Positions 1-13,844 of a DNA stretch of 64,000 nucleotides are shown piece after piece. The stretch spans positions 1-64,000 of the forward strand of contig JAAOMT010000085.1 of the NCBI GenBank assembly GCA_016748015.1, written 5' to 3'. The number at the start of each line of letters is the position of its first letter. Positions within the stretch are counted from its first letter, which is position 1. Under the pieces are notes generated by a model. The model was not told the origin of the DNA and made no database searches. It saw only the letters and a list, made by a program, of their open reading frames with translations. Origin of the DNA: Geosiphon pyriformis uo1. Lineage: Eukaryota > Fungi > Glomeromycota. The translations under genes and the position numbers were made by a program.

Positions 1-2327
1 TAGCATTCTGACTGCTACCAATCCAAATTGTATCATTAACAAAAGTGCTGGCAGCAAAAAAGAAAGAAAGCCTAGTCTAAGATTTAGCATGACCACTCTT
101 GGAAACAAAATGAGAATTCAGCCTATATTTATACACACTTTCTTGACACTTGACTTTACACAACAGAGGATTATAAAATATGTACCACAGAAAAAGAGAA
201 AAAACTTTTCTTTAGTCCAAACTATCATACACATAATAATCATTTGTTAAACCAAAATCCATTATAATTCTGTTAATACAATCTCTATGAATATTACCAA
301 AGAAATAAATGAATTTGCTACACATCTTAATTCTGACCAAACTTTTCTCAAGATGTTTTCAGCTGACCAAATTGTATGCTTTCTGCATGTCTTGCAAAAC
401 CAGCCAAAGCATTCTCAATAACTGAGCCAATTACAAAAATGAGAAACTGAGTTGATATGCCCTTTAAAACTGAAAAATTGTCCCTACAAAGAACATCAAA
501 AGTGCTGTATGCCAAAGAAATTTTATCAGAGAAAATCTTAGAAAGAATCTTGCAAGCTGTCTCAATTAAAGCAATAGGATAAGTATTTATCAAAACACCC
601 TCCCAGTCATAAGGCTTAAGAATCATTGAAACCCAAGTTTTTTTTTAAGAGCTGAGTACAGATTCACAAGCTAAACAAGAGTTTAAAAGCACCAAAAGCA
701 GATTAAAAACTGATTTATCACAATGCTTCCATAGCTTATTCGAAATGTCTGAGAGACTAGCAGCTTTGCCATCAGGCAAATTAAAAACCATCCCATATAA
801 TTCATCAAACCCAATTAAACACATTACACCAAAAAAAGCACTATCAAAAATATACTCCAAAAGTTGGTATTGATGGCTCCAATTATTGGCAATATCATTG
901 ACCACCTGATGTCTTCTAGTCCAATCTTCTATGATTGTATCTACTTTAGATTTGACCAATTCAGGCTCCAAGACCAATTCATTGTTCACAACTAAATGAT
1001 CCAACACTACTTTATGAAAGAAACACTCTAGCATACTCCTGATGATATAACCCTTGTCCAATTCAAAATTTTCTATCCTCTTACAAATTGTCTATTTGAT
1101 GTGACATTTCTTAACATGCTTCAATTCTAATAATTTGGAAGAGCAATAAAATTTTTTCGCCTTAGCCAGCTCAAAATGAACAGCATCAAAACTGGAACTA
1201 GAAATAAAAAGAGATTTCACTTTCACTGTACCACCATTATCAAGTTTATCCCAAGTTTCTAACAATGAAGCAAAATTCTTACTAGAAACCAAACGAGAAG
1301 CCTTTACTAACTTGGACACCAATAACTCAAGTTTATGAAATCTGAAAGACTTTTTGGTAAAAAAACTATCAAAATCCTTAAATCATTTCTTCCTGAAAGT
1401 ACTATTGGCTGAAAAAACCATATTTCTGTGAACAACAGTTCACATTGTATACAGATCCAAAAATGCTACAGCCTTAACAAACTCATCCAAGAACATAGTA
1501 GTATTAGCTGTCATGATGTCCTTAAACTCACACCATTTTGCAACATTGGCATTTTTGACATCAAACTTCTAATAATTCTTATTAGCTTGCTTTTGAAGTG
1601 AAAACAACCACATGTCCAAAAAACCACCAAGACCCACGGAAATAGCAATAGTTTTGTAATCAGTATCAAAATAGTCCATTACATCAGTTATATCACAGCT
1701 CACTATTAAATTGACCAAATTAGAAGAAATGAACAAGAAATCAATCATCCTGGTAACACCACAAAAATTGCACTATGTCAGCATCTTGGCTACTGAGTCC
1801 CCACCCAAAAAGTTGATCAAATCTAAATCAAGACACTTTTTATAACTGGCACATCTATGAGAACTATTTTCATTGAAATTGCCACTAAGAATGATAAAAA
1901 AAGACTTATTCACAGCTTTAGCAATAAGAGAGTTGATCTCACCAGCTTGGGAAAAATGAACTATAGAAGAAGCACTAGCATAGAGCCCCAAAATTGAAAC
2001 AAAAAGTTTGTTTTTGAAGAGCAACTTAATAGAGAAGAGCCAATCAGATATCTCAAAAACTTTACATACATGTCTTGTTAAAGAATTGTCCATGATTACA
2101 GCAACACCTGAATCCAAATAACCAGAGTCTATACCCAAAATAAATACACAAACACCACTAAATTTGTTAATAATCTATAGATAAACTTTTCCTTTCAGCT
2201 TTGTTTCCATAAAAATTGAAACCAGATTATTCATGTCCTTATGCCAACACACAATATTTTTTTGTTTAGTTAAATTGTTCATACCTCTAACATTGCATGT
2301 GGCAATTTTTTAAACTAGACTGGTTAT
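1..2327 (-). pseudogene. LINE A ORF2 (APE endonuclease plus RT N-terminal part), disrupted and truncated by the window edge
   Basis: ORFs 1773-2138, 1092-1322, 645-1061 and 348-626 match copy B ORF2 fragments motif by motif. Confidence 0.88.
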
Positions 2328-4214
2328 TGAGAAGAAAGATTAGAAAATGCTTCACCAGCCAAAATCAAACTATTAAATCTTGTTGTCAGACTCAAAACCA
2401 AAGCAGAGAGCCCTTCTAACATGGTTTTTAGTCTTTTTATCTCAAAAGAGGCAAAAGAGTCCAATTTCACAGCAGTTCCACTACCAGTGGTCCCATCTGA
2501 ACTCTCTTCTATTACTATATTACCCACTTGATCCTGTGATGAGAAGATTACCAGCAGCTAATATTTAAGGCTAGGCTGGGGAACTGCCAGTACAAGTGAA
2601 TCCAACCTTTTAGCCAACTTACTAATTTGCTTCATGAAACTGGTAAGACTGCTTTCCAAAATAGCAAACCTTTTTTTAATATCAACTATAACAGGCAGAA
2701 TGGGCTTCATCTCTAAAGAAGAGTCAGAATTGACCAAACTACTATGCATAGAAAGAGGAAGAAACAAAGATTTACCAGCAATCTTTGCCCAAAACACTCT
2801 ATCAAAAGTGACAGAACAAGCAACAGGAGCTGAACATTTGATATAGATAGTAGCCAGTCTGCTTTTATCCAAGTCTAAGAGTGTTCTACAAAAAGATTTT
2901 CCAAAGAAAAGATTCTTATCCACAGAACAGCCCAATGATGTATGACCCACTTTCTTATACTTAGCATATTTAAAAAAACCTAAATGAGATCAACACAAAT
3001 TCATACTCCTCAAAATTAGAGTAGTTTTCATGATGGCATCCAAAAATTTGGCTGTTTCAAAACAAACAACAGTACATTTGGCCCAAACATACATAATTGG
3101 ATGACAATTAATTACACATGTTTTTCTACCCACAGAACTAATAAAGTCTCAGACATTATAAGCATTTGTTCTCATAAGCAGAATATAAAACAGTGCTCTA
3201 TAATGATTTTTTACATCTCATGATTTTTTATCTTAATCAGCCCTGGCTATATGCACAGCATCCTTCCCAATTAAGATAGACCAACAAGTTGCGACCAAAT
3301 CAGCCTGCTCAATCTTACCAAATTTGACTACAGCTTTTTGCCACAAACCCACCAATTGCATTTTGATTAACACCACTGTATCAAATTCAGATAGTGCAGT
3401 GTGCATAGTCTTAACTGAAGTTTCAATAGGGATTTTTTTTTACTATCACAGCCTAATCTAAGCACCCAGATAATTTTTTGAGATCAGTATTCACCAAGAT
3501 CTTTGCTTCTTCAGCTTTTTTAGAAGCCTGCACCAAACTTAATTCAGAAGTGAATGTTGCTCTGATAATCCCAGCAAATTTTGAGGAGGTAGAGGCCTCC
3601 TCAAAATCATTGATTTTTGAAAATAACTTTCTAACTATTACAAGCTTTTTTTGAGCAGATTTCCCAACAACATTGTCCAAACTGATGTCTAAAGCAAAAG
3701 ATTTTTTAACAGAAACATTGACCAAGTTCTTCAAAAGAGAAAGGAGAACTACAGATTTGTCTGACAATATGTTATCAATATTATTACCCAAGAAGTTAAT
3801 TTTCCTCAGTAGTTTTTTCAGCATTCTTTTGGTAAGAATTTTTGAACTTTTAGACATTTGTTCCAAGTCTTCTTTAGCAAAAGCTCTACTATTTCCATAA
3901 TCAAAGCTGGTTTCTTCAATCAAACATTTCTCCTCTATGTCTACACTATTAAACTTAATGGTATTACCAGTCTTAGAACCCCAAGAATAACCATTTGACA
4001 CCTTAGCAGCAGTAAATTTTTTATTACCAATATTATTTTCTAAAACACCACTTCTCTTCTTTTTTCTAAACTCAGCAGACTTAACATTAATATTAGAACT
4101 AGACTCTATAATAAACTTGTTTAAAACAGCAATACTAAGACCAATGATAGCCTCATAATCAAGCAAAAACAGTTTGGATTTATTATACTGAATAATGAAA
4201 AAAACTTTTTTCAA
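2324..4214 (-). pseudogene. LINE A ORF1 (gag-like: RRM-like region, degraded CCHC knuckle, coiled coil), disrupted
   Basis: ORFs 3453-4214, 2558-2950 and 2324-2527 are collinear with ORF1 of copy B. Knuckle remnant KYAKYKKVGHTSLGC. Confidence 0.85.
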
Positions 4215-5671
4215 AAAATATTTTGGCTTTTTTGGGAATTAGGGATGAATGAAAAAAAGAAGTTTTTTTTTTAAACTTTATAAAAAAACTTTATTTTTTT
4301 GAAAATAATTGATAAAAAAAAATTTTTTTTTATAATAATATTAGCAATCAAAAAACTTTTAAATTATAAATTTTGTAACTAAAAAATAAATTATGTTTAA
4401 TTATAAAATTGACCAATTATATTGTTATGATTCAATCTTTTTATTTTTAGTTATAATAGTTATTTTAATTATATTTGATTAGATATTAGTTATTAGTTAT
4501 TAATTTTACATATATTAATCACTTTATTTTTAGAATTGATATTAATGTGTTTATTAACTTAATTAATAACTTGAATATTAACTTAATTATTAATCTAACC
4601 AAATTATTAATTTAATTATTAACTTGGTTAACTGTTTTATTTTAAAAATATATAAATAAAACTTTTTAAGCTATAAAAAAAAACATTTATTAATTTTTTT
4701 TTAAGATAAAAAGATTATAAAATTTATTTTTATTTGTACTTGTGTTAGCTTTTTTAAAATAATATTAATATATACAATTATTAAAAAAAATTAATATTTG
4801 TTATTAAATTTTAAAAATGTTAATTAAAACATAAAATTATAATAAGATATATTATCTTTTATTAATTATATAAACTATTTTTTTATTTTTTTTAAAAAGA
4901 TTAACAATTAAAATTTATGAAATATTAAATTTTATACATATTTAATTTATTTTTTAATTATTTTATTATCATATAATAATTATTTTTTTTGTTATTTATT
5001 AACATATTACTCCAATTTATAACAATATTATTAAATTTATAAATTATATAACCAAAAAAAAAGATTAATTAATTTGGCTTTAATTTTGTTTTTTTTTTTT
5101 ACTAAAATTGACCAATAATTAAAAACAAATTGAATAAAAGCTAAAATTTTTGAAATAAACAATTATATATTATTATAAACCAATAAATTTTAATATTATT
5201 TTTATTAAATACTTTAAGAACATTTTTAATGTTACTAAAAAATAGGTTAAATAAAATATTAAAAAGTGTAATAACAGAGTTAAAAACCAAATTAAGAATT
5301 ATAACAAATTTTTTAATTTTTTAATGTAAAAAAAAAATCAAATCAAAAAACTCAATTTTAATAACAGCATACAAATTTTTACAAAATAATTTAATATTAT
5401 TTTGAATATTTAAACAATTATTTACTAATTCTAATTCTAATTCTAATTTGTGTGTAAATGAATCAATAAAAAAAATTCTAATATTAACACAAAAAAACAA
5501 AGTGTTTTAACTTCTTTAAACCAGCTATATTTTGATTATATAGTATAGCCGATTCATAAAATTATTTTGTTAAACCAATCCTCTTAATAAATGAGCTATC
5601 AAATGTCAGCCGGTTTATTGAGTAACTAAGGTATATCGATTTTTTAATTCAAACATAATATTTGCTAATTT

Positions 5672-7476
5672 TTAGTCTTTGGTAATTTTTTGCCATAAAG
5701 CAATCAAAGCACTCCAAATACCAATAGCAGATCCAATAGTCGAACAAGTAACAATAAAAACCACCCAAACCTTCTCCCAAAGTCCATTCAATTGATTCCA
5801 GCTATAAAGTTTGATCCAAATTGCAATTGGAACCACGAATAATAATCCAGTACATATGGCACCCAACAATGTCATTACATCCGAAAAATATGGTGCGGTA
5901 ATGGCTATACAGACAGCAGCCATCATTAGAGATGTTCGTAATATAGTACGTGCGATAAATTCTCGATTTTCCCCAAGTTTTAACGCATTAATCCCAGTAT
6001 ATTCCTCTATATCCAACGATAACGATGTGAGAAGGATAGGAATTGTGAGAAGGACATGTATCGTGATTAGAAAAATCGAGATGTCAACAGCCAATCCGGG
6101 TGGAAGATTAAGATAGGTTGGAGAAGTTGTGGAGTATCCGTAGGTAAGGTAAGCAGGTATACCAATCAAAAAGTACATGAAGGTTATGAAGAGAATAGCG
6201 AGATAGTTGACTAGGGGCCAGCTTGATGGCGTTCTCATTCTATCAAAATTCAAAGTTGCTTACTAACATATAAAAAAGGGTTTAAAAAGATCAAAAGCAA
6301 AAATTTTAATTAAAACATATGTCATACCCTGCTTCTACATTAGGAAATATCACGTTTCCACTATAGCTATAGCTAAAAGTTCCCATAGTTAAAGGAATAT
6401 TTTGAATATTGATAATATCATGACCACTGTTTGAGTGGTTGGAGTAATCAGCTATGGACATGTAGGAAACCACAACGACTACAATGAAGGTGGTTAATAC
6501 TCCAAATAGACTAGAAAATATTAAAAAGATATTAGTTTCCTGACAATTATTTTTAAGATGTAAAGTCAGAATCACGCTGCAAATATTCAATTAGAAAATA
6601 GTGTCTTACCTCAACCAAGCTGCCTCTTTCATTGTCTTCAATAAAACAAAAGGTATTGTCATCACCCCAGCACATATGTAAACCCAATTTTTCATACCTA
6701 AATTTAACCCTAAATTTCCAAATAAAACTTGCAAATTGTCCCCCGATAGTACAAGATAAAGCACCGGGCTCCCGAATATTGCGGAATAGTAAAAGAAGCT
6801 AACAGCGACCAGGCCAAATGTTCCAAATGCATCATAAGCTATTTGTGAAATTGTATGTTTGCGCGTTGTACTTTGGGCAAAAAATATTACATCGATCAGT
6901 CAATGGGAAGGTTGTAAAAATTTTAGAATGCTTTAGAGAAAGGGGATTTCTTTATATACCCATCATAATACAAAGCCTCAATTAATTTATTATTCGAATA
7001 AACACAACCCAACGCCACCAGGATCAAGAAAAGCAGAGATAACCAACCCCCTTGTTGGATCGCATACGCAATACCCAATGTGCCAGAACCAGCTATGACA
7101 CATCTATAAAAGTGAAAAATTTATCATCGAACATTAAAAATTTTGAATGCTCAAAGTATTTGATGAGGAAATATTGTTGGTAAACTTTGAATTCGCAAAC
7201 CAACTGGATCACACAAATCTAGACAAATCCAATTTAATGAGTTACACTATGTGAACGAAAGCAGTCCAATTTGATCCTTTTTCTTCTTGATTCCCGACTA
7301 AAGGGTCAATGGCTTGATGAATATCTTCAGCGACTTTGGAAATTCGTGTTAGAAGAAATATTACAAGAGAAAAATAACGAAAGGATAATTTCGACCTTAC
7401 TAGGGGACACCGTGCCATAATTTGTCCAGTCCCCAGGTTTTTGAGTGGTTGATTCTGTATTTTTGCCTAAAGACAT
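5672..7476 (-). CDS. Amino acid transporter, Aa_trans (AAAP/AVT1-like) family, ~6 exons
   Basis: Spliced reading MSLGKNTES...GSNWTAFVHIVCVIAGSGTLGIAYAIQQGGW, then FSYSYSGNVIFPNVEA and APYFSDVMTLLGA. GT-AG introns and many hydrophobic helices. Confidence 0.9.
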
Positions 7477-8534
7477 TGTTTACAAGATCTTATCCAAGCT
7501 AGATATTGATTCAAAGGATTTTAAGGAACTAAAATGATGATAATGATGATGATGATGGGCAGATTAAAATTATTGTTTTGTTACAGATAACAGTTGTCTC
7601 ACCTGCTAAAATTGGATAAAGTTGCAGGTGATAGCCAAAAATAATAATATATCAGGCGAAACGAAAAATGAATGCAATTATTGAATATGATGGGAGTTGA
7701 ATAAATTTTCAAGAATACCGATTTAGTCTTTAAGAAATTGTGAGAAAACATTGTAAAATTTTATTATTTTTTAACAGTTAATTGTTCAGCGTCAAAAATT
7801 CTGAACTCGTAAATTAAAATATTGAATTTTTGCCAAAGTCTTTTCGATAGCAATTAAGATTTTTATGAATAAATAATCGTGAATAAAATTCTTTTGATAT
7901 TTAAAAGAATAATTTTGTGAATTCATAATTTACTCAATTATCTAGAGTGGCAGGTATATATGGTGTATGTAAAATAATGTTAAAATTGAGAACCTGAAAG
8001 TAATATGGAGCTTTATAAATTCTAGTTAAAAGATAATAAAAAAACAAAAATCTAACAGGAATTTCTTGAATTCCTCAAATACTTTTAAGACTGCTTAAAA
8101 TATTTATATATTTCAAAAAATGAGGTAATCTTTTCGCCCTGTTTTTAAATTGGTGAGAAAATTTTATTTTCATAAATCTTTTCAAAGTGATATAAAGGAA
8201 CATATAATTTTTAACTAAAGAGTTGAAAAGATGAATGATTTGTTCGTCACTATTATGGAGGAAGATTTATCCGATTAGATCCATTGTGAAATTGGTTAGA
8301 TACAAAATCCAATAAAGGAAGCCTGAAATTTGTAGTTTTTGATTTGTCCAAGCCGATCAATAATATGGCGGAAAAACAAACAAAAAATTATTAATTCTTG
8401 TAAATTCTAAGCTAATAATGGATATTTCAAGAGTGAATGAAATTTTCCGTAATAAAGATCCATATTTTGATAAAATCGCTCTAAGTTATTAGAATTCTGA
8501 ATTCTTTTGACAAAATTTTTTTCGTAATTACATC

Positions 8535-9826
8535 ATGTCTGAAAAAGATTCTCACCAAATTACAACTCATTCTGCTCACAATTTTATAGACATTTGTAAT
8601 TGTCGCAACACTCCTTTTTGTCGTGTTTCAAAATGCATAGAGTGTTCATATCTCCAAATAATTAAAAAACAGCCCGAACCAAACTTTACCTACCACTTAG
8701 ATATGAAGTCAATGATGAATTTTGATGAATTAAAGCTGATTAGCTTATGGCGAGAAGCATTTGCAGATGGATTAGGAACTTTTTTCTTGATGTTTTTCAT
8801 TGGAGCTCTTGAGAAGTTTATAACACCTACAACGTGAGTTTTTAGCTTTTGATAATGAGATTGCAATTTTTAATCTTTTTACATTATGTCTACACATGCA
8901 GCTGGGGCTGGATTCCTTAATGAATATTTCTTAACTATATAGGTTTCCAATACCGGTAACCATAATCGCTTTAATTCCTATAATTACCATTTTAATTATT
9001 ATCGTTGGTCCAATTTCTGGTGAGTCATTTGTAAAAATTCGAATTTTTTTATTTCTCCTTAAGTATCGAAGCATCTCAAAAATTTACTCTTTTCATAAAC
9101 ATTAATTTATCCTAGGTGCTTTCTTGAATCCATTTGTAACCCTTACAGCGATCTCTCTTCGAGTTTGCTCAATCCCGCGTGGTATTCTATATGTAGCCTT
9201 CCAATTGTGCGGTGGAACGATTGGGGCATTTCTAATTAGTCTATTGATAGATGAAGCTAAAACATCACCAAAATCTTTACCGATAGGCCTCTGTCACTTT
9301 GATAAAAAATTAATCGATATTTCATTAGTATTAATTGGAGAAATGATTTTTAGTTTAGGATTAGCGTTTGGGATATTTGCTCTCGCTCTGAATCCCAATC
9401 GGAAGATTGCACTTAAATTGGAAAAAACCGGCTTTGTTATTTCCATAATCATTGGAATACTGGTTTGGACTAGTATGGGATTGAATGCTGGATGGCCTGG
9501 GTAATTGGATGTTTATTCTTTGAATCGTTTTGAATAATCTTGATAATGCTAATTTGGCATCCTTTAAATATTAAGGGCAACCATGAATCCGGCAAAGTGT
9601 TTTGCATTCGCTTTAATAAATAAAGACTTTTCGGGTACGTAAAATAGCTTACGAATCTTTTTTGATTATATTTCCTTTTCTCTACAATCTTTAATTTTAA
9701 TTTACATTTTACAAATGAAATTTAGATCATTGGGTATATTGGCTAGGTCCATTACTTGCCACAGTAACTTATTCTTTCTTATATTCTATTATGTTTCCAA
9801 AAGAAAAGGAATCGTTACTTCTATAA
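8535..9826 (+). CDS. Aquaporin (MIP family), XIP-like, 5 exons
   Basis: WREAFADGLGTFFLMF (TM1); ISGAFLNPFVT (first NPA box, 9127-9135); loop C GLC; GATMNPAKCF (9586-9600); DHWVYWLGP; stop TAA at 9824-9826. Introns are GT-AG. Confidence 0.88.
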
Positions 9827-12618
9827 TGGTAAAACCTTTATTCATTCCAACTTTAAAATAATTTGTTCAAGTTTTTTAAAATTGATTTTTTGATTAAAAT
9901 TATGTTAAAACAATTCAAAAGAGAGAATTTAATTTTTTAATTACAAATAAATTTTAATTTGAAAAAAAACTTTAAACATTTGAAATGAATTTTAATATCC
10001 TATGCATCTGATTTACATATTCTATTATCATCATTTTTTTTCTAGCTTCTTAATTATTTAATTTGCTTATTTCTTTCAAATATCCCCATTTTCCTTTTGG
10101 CGTGAGATCAAATAAAGATAATCTGGCATGTGATAAATGTTTATTAACATTTTTTTTCAAATATTTATCTCGGCTTAGTTTTATAAATGAAAAGGAGCTT
10201 ATCATTTAAGGTTCGTTTGAATTATCAACAAATTAGGTAATGGATTTTTGTTTCTGACAAATAAAAATGCACATTTGAATCTTTTGCCAAAAAGTTTTTA
10301 TTTGTGAAACATGAAATTCGATTGTAGTATCTTTTCCACAAAAAGCTAATCGAATTAGGAAAATATATATATTATCTGAAAGTTCAAGATTTTCACTAAA
10401 AAGCCTTTTTAGTTCGAGATATAACTAGGAAAAATATGGAAAAGACTTGTTATAGATAGAAAACAAATTTATTTTTTTTGGTTAATAGTCTTTCACCAAT
10501 TAAAGTATTATTAAAACAACACACCAAAAATAGTTTTAGTGTAATTAGTATTACTGGAAAAAAATTTCAAAGTCTTTAATAACAATAATATCTGTTTTAA
10601 TTTAAATAATAATAGTAAAAATGTATTTATTAAAATAAATCAAAATTAACAACCAGTTATATTGTTAAAATTCAATTATAAAAGAAAAATAAGTTATTTT
10701 TTAATATTTAATTTTATTTAATTAAATTATAATATTACATAATTTTAAAAAATTCATAAAAAATCTTTTTTTATTACAGAAATATAAGAATATTTATTTC
10801 AATAAGCAATAAATTTTTTGAAAATCTTTTAGAAATTTAAATTCAGACAATTAAACTTGAAAGTAAAAAAAAAAAACTTACTATTATTTTTTTATAATCC
10901 TTTCAAGTATACTAATATAATATAATATAATTCAAAATTTAAATTATCAAAAATTTGAATTATTTAATAAAAGGTAAAAATTTAATTGTATAGATTATAA
11001 ATTTGTGATCATAAAATCTATTATCACTAATTAGCCTAAAGCAAAAGTTAATTCCATTGATATTAGTGAAACCTTTAATGCATAAACTGATACACAATCA
11101 ATTAAAAGCTGCATGGTATCAAATTTTTATATGCATGTTTCACTTTTAAGACCGAAAATTTTTTTTGTTAAAAAAAAAAAAAAAAACTGACAACTTGTTT
11201 TCCATATTTGAAAGATTAAAGCATAAAGGCGTTAATATATATTTTTAAAATGATTGAATTTTAGAATAAGAACTTTAATTTTTTTTTATTTTTTATTTTT
11301 ATTTTTTTGAAAAAAGTATCGCCAAATCTTTGAAACCATTTCAATAATATAAGAAATATGGTTTCATGCGGTGCAAAAAAAAATTTTAAAAATATAATTT
11401 ATTGATTTTCTTTTTCGCTTAGATTGGATAAATGCAAAGCTTTATTAGGATGATGAATAGATTTTCGAATTTTTAAAAAAAGAAATAAAAAATTTATGTA
11501 TATATATGCATAGTATTTAAAGAAAAACTTTAAATAAAATAAAAGATTTTCTCTAGATAATCTTAAGTGAAAAAGGTATTAAAAATATAACTGTTTAATT
11601 TTGAATGAATTCTTATTACACAGAATTTTGCCTCGAAAATGTATATCCCTACATGTGGGAGTGCAATACTTTTTTGAGTTTCTTTATAGATTATAAAGAG
11701 TTCGAAATTTTTTTTTTTTTGTTTTTCTATGTTGGAGATTTAGTTTAGATTTTTTTTTTTTTGTCAAGTCAATAAATTTTGAAATCAAATGCAGGAATCG
11801 ATTTCTTGTGAAAAAAAAAAAAGTGGTAGAAAGATATTTTGAAAAATTTTACTTGAATTAGTTATAAAACAGTTTTTTCAGGCAAAAGATTTTGATTTCC
11901 GGTTACTTAATACATTAATATATGACAAAATAAATAGACGATTACTAATTTCTGTTTAATAGTTTTTGGGTTAAAAAAAAAGTAAAGAGTTATCAAATAT
12001 TTTTAACATTTAAATAGTTCAATAGAACTTATTTTGGTAAATTATCTAGTTTAGTAAAAAAAATAAAGTTTTCTCTAGATTAAGGAACAAAGGATGAAAG
12101 ATTCTTTATTATTCTCAATAATAAACTTTATATTACTAGAGTTTTCTAAATTTTAATGTATCTTAACAATTAATATCTTTCAAGTTACTCATAAGATTGC
12201 AAGTAGTGATTTTTAGAGACATTTATTTTTTTTTATACGTGAATAAGAAAATTGATTAAAATCATTATTTTGTATTAAGAACGTACTAATTTTTTTAATA
12301 ATTTACATTATAACATTAATATTCGGATGGAAAATGACGCAATGCAATAAATTGGATCGCACATTTTTATTCCTTAAATTGATCGAAACGCAGAAACAAG
12401 AAAAACTTGATTTTTCTAATGATTTCTTTTACACAAAGTATAAAGAATATTTGTATAAGGATAATGCATTTATTTTTTGTAATTTTTTCGAAATTGTGGT
12501 TAAAAATTTTAATTTGAAAATAAGGTTAAAGGTTTTATTGTATATAATCTGCATTCAGAATTTGAATCAAACCTCAGTTTGCATTATTGTAAATCCTTTC
12601 TTTTTCCTTTCTTTTTCC

Positions 12619-12652
12619 TTTCGTTTCGTTTCGTTTCGTTTCGTTTCGTTTC
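12619..12652. repeat. (TTTCG)n microsatellite
   Basis: Read directly. Confidence 0.9.
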
Positions 12653-12705
12653 CTTCCCAAAAAGCTTTTAATTTCTTAAAATGAAAATTTAAAAAAGTAA
12701 ACAAA

Positions 12706-12743
<38 letters not shown>

Positions 12744-13131
12744 AGAAGAAAATCAAATTTGATTATTTAAATCAAAAATCTTTTCAAATGGATCATATCA
12801 TGAATTTTTCTGTATTTTGTCAATGAATTCTTCATGCAGAGAAGAAAAAAATCTGTACTATTGCAAATTTTGTATTGATTAAAAGAAAATCTGTGTCAAT
12901 ATATGGTAATCTTTCTATTATTAGATTTACGCCATATTTGAATGTAACTCTAAGGACATTTACTTGTTTTAACTTGAATGATATCTAATTAAGAATTATG
13001 TTACACGCGCAATTTGTACTTTATACTTTTTAAGGTTGAAAGCTGGATCATAAATCTTTGAACTAATTGAATTAATTTCGAAACAATGACCACCTTTAAA
13101 CCGTTTATATTATTTTTATGAAAAATGGTGG

Positions 13132-13177
<46 letters not shown>

Positions 13178-13811
13178 TTCAAGAAAAAAGAAAACCAAAG
13201 TTTCAACAAATTTTAGAAAGATTTTTATTTTTATTTTTTTGGAGATAAAAAATATTTTTTGAATTGAACAGTTAATCATCAAAATTGCACGTTTCAAATA
13301 CGTAAATATTGAAAAAAAAGACCAAACCAAATTTCGATTTCAAAATTATATATATTATATAATGTAAATATTGGGAACAATGGTAAAAAAATAAAAAATA
13401 AAAAAAAAGACTTTACTGGATAATGACAATAGGAATAGACCGGAAGGGAAAAAGGAAAATTTTATTCCGAAAAAAATGTCATGGAAATTTGAAAATATTG
13501 GAAAATGATTTATTTATTTATTTATTTAAGGAATGTTGGTTATCCTTTTAAATCCTCTTGTAAGTGGTAAGATTATAAATTCCCTTTTCGATAGATAAAA
13601 GAATTATGACGACCATTTTAATTCTAAATTTTAAAATAAAAATAATTAGGATAATGAAAATTTTTTTGTAATAATATTCAAAAATTATCATACGATTATA
13701 AAAAATTGACACAGTTTTGTTAAATTATAATAAAAAAAATAAAAAAATTCGTGATCTGGTCTTTGAAATCATTAATCGTTTTTAGAATTCACAATTTACT
13801 TATTCCCATGA

Positions 13812-13844
13812 GTTTGGTTTGGTTTGGTTTGGTTTGGTTTGGTT
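13812..13844. repeat. (TTTGG)n microsatellite
   Basis: Read directly. Confidence 0.9.

Larger units (their letters stand above)
1..4267 (-). mobile_element. Decayed L1-like non-LTR retrotransposon (LINE copy A): 5' end, ORF1 and the first half of ORF2; runs off the left edge
   Basis: Minus-strand fragments show an AP endonuclease (ATCNVRGMN, ETKL, LSGNFNE, DTDYKT) and RT motifs (KAASLSDISN, PIALIE, QDMQKAYN). The 5' end (aacttctttttttcattcatccctaattccc) aligns with copy B at 52677. Many nonsense codons and almost no CpG. Confidence 0.93.
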
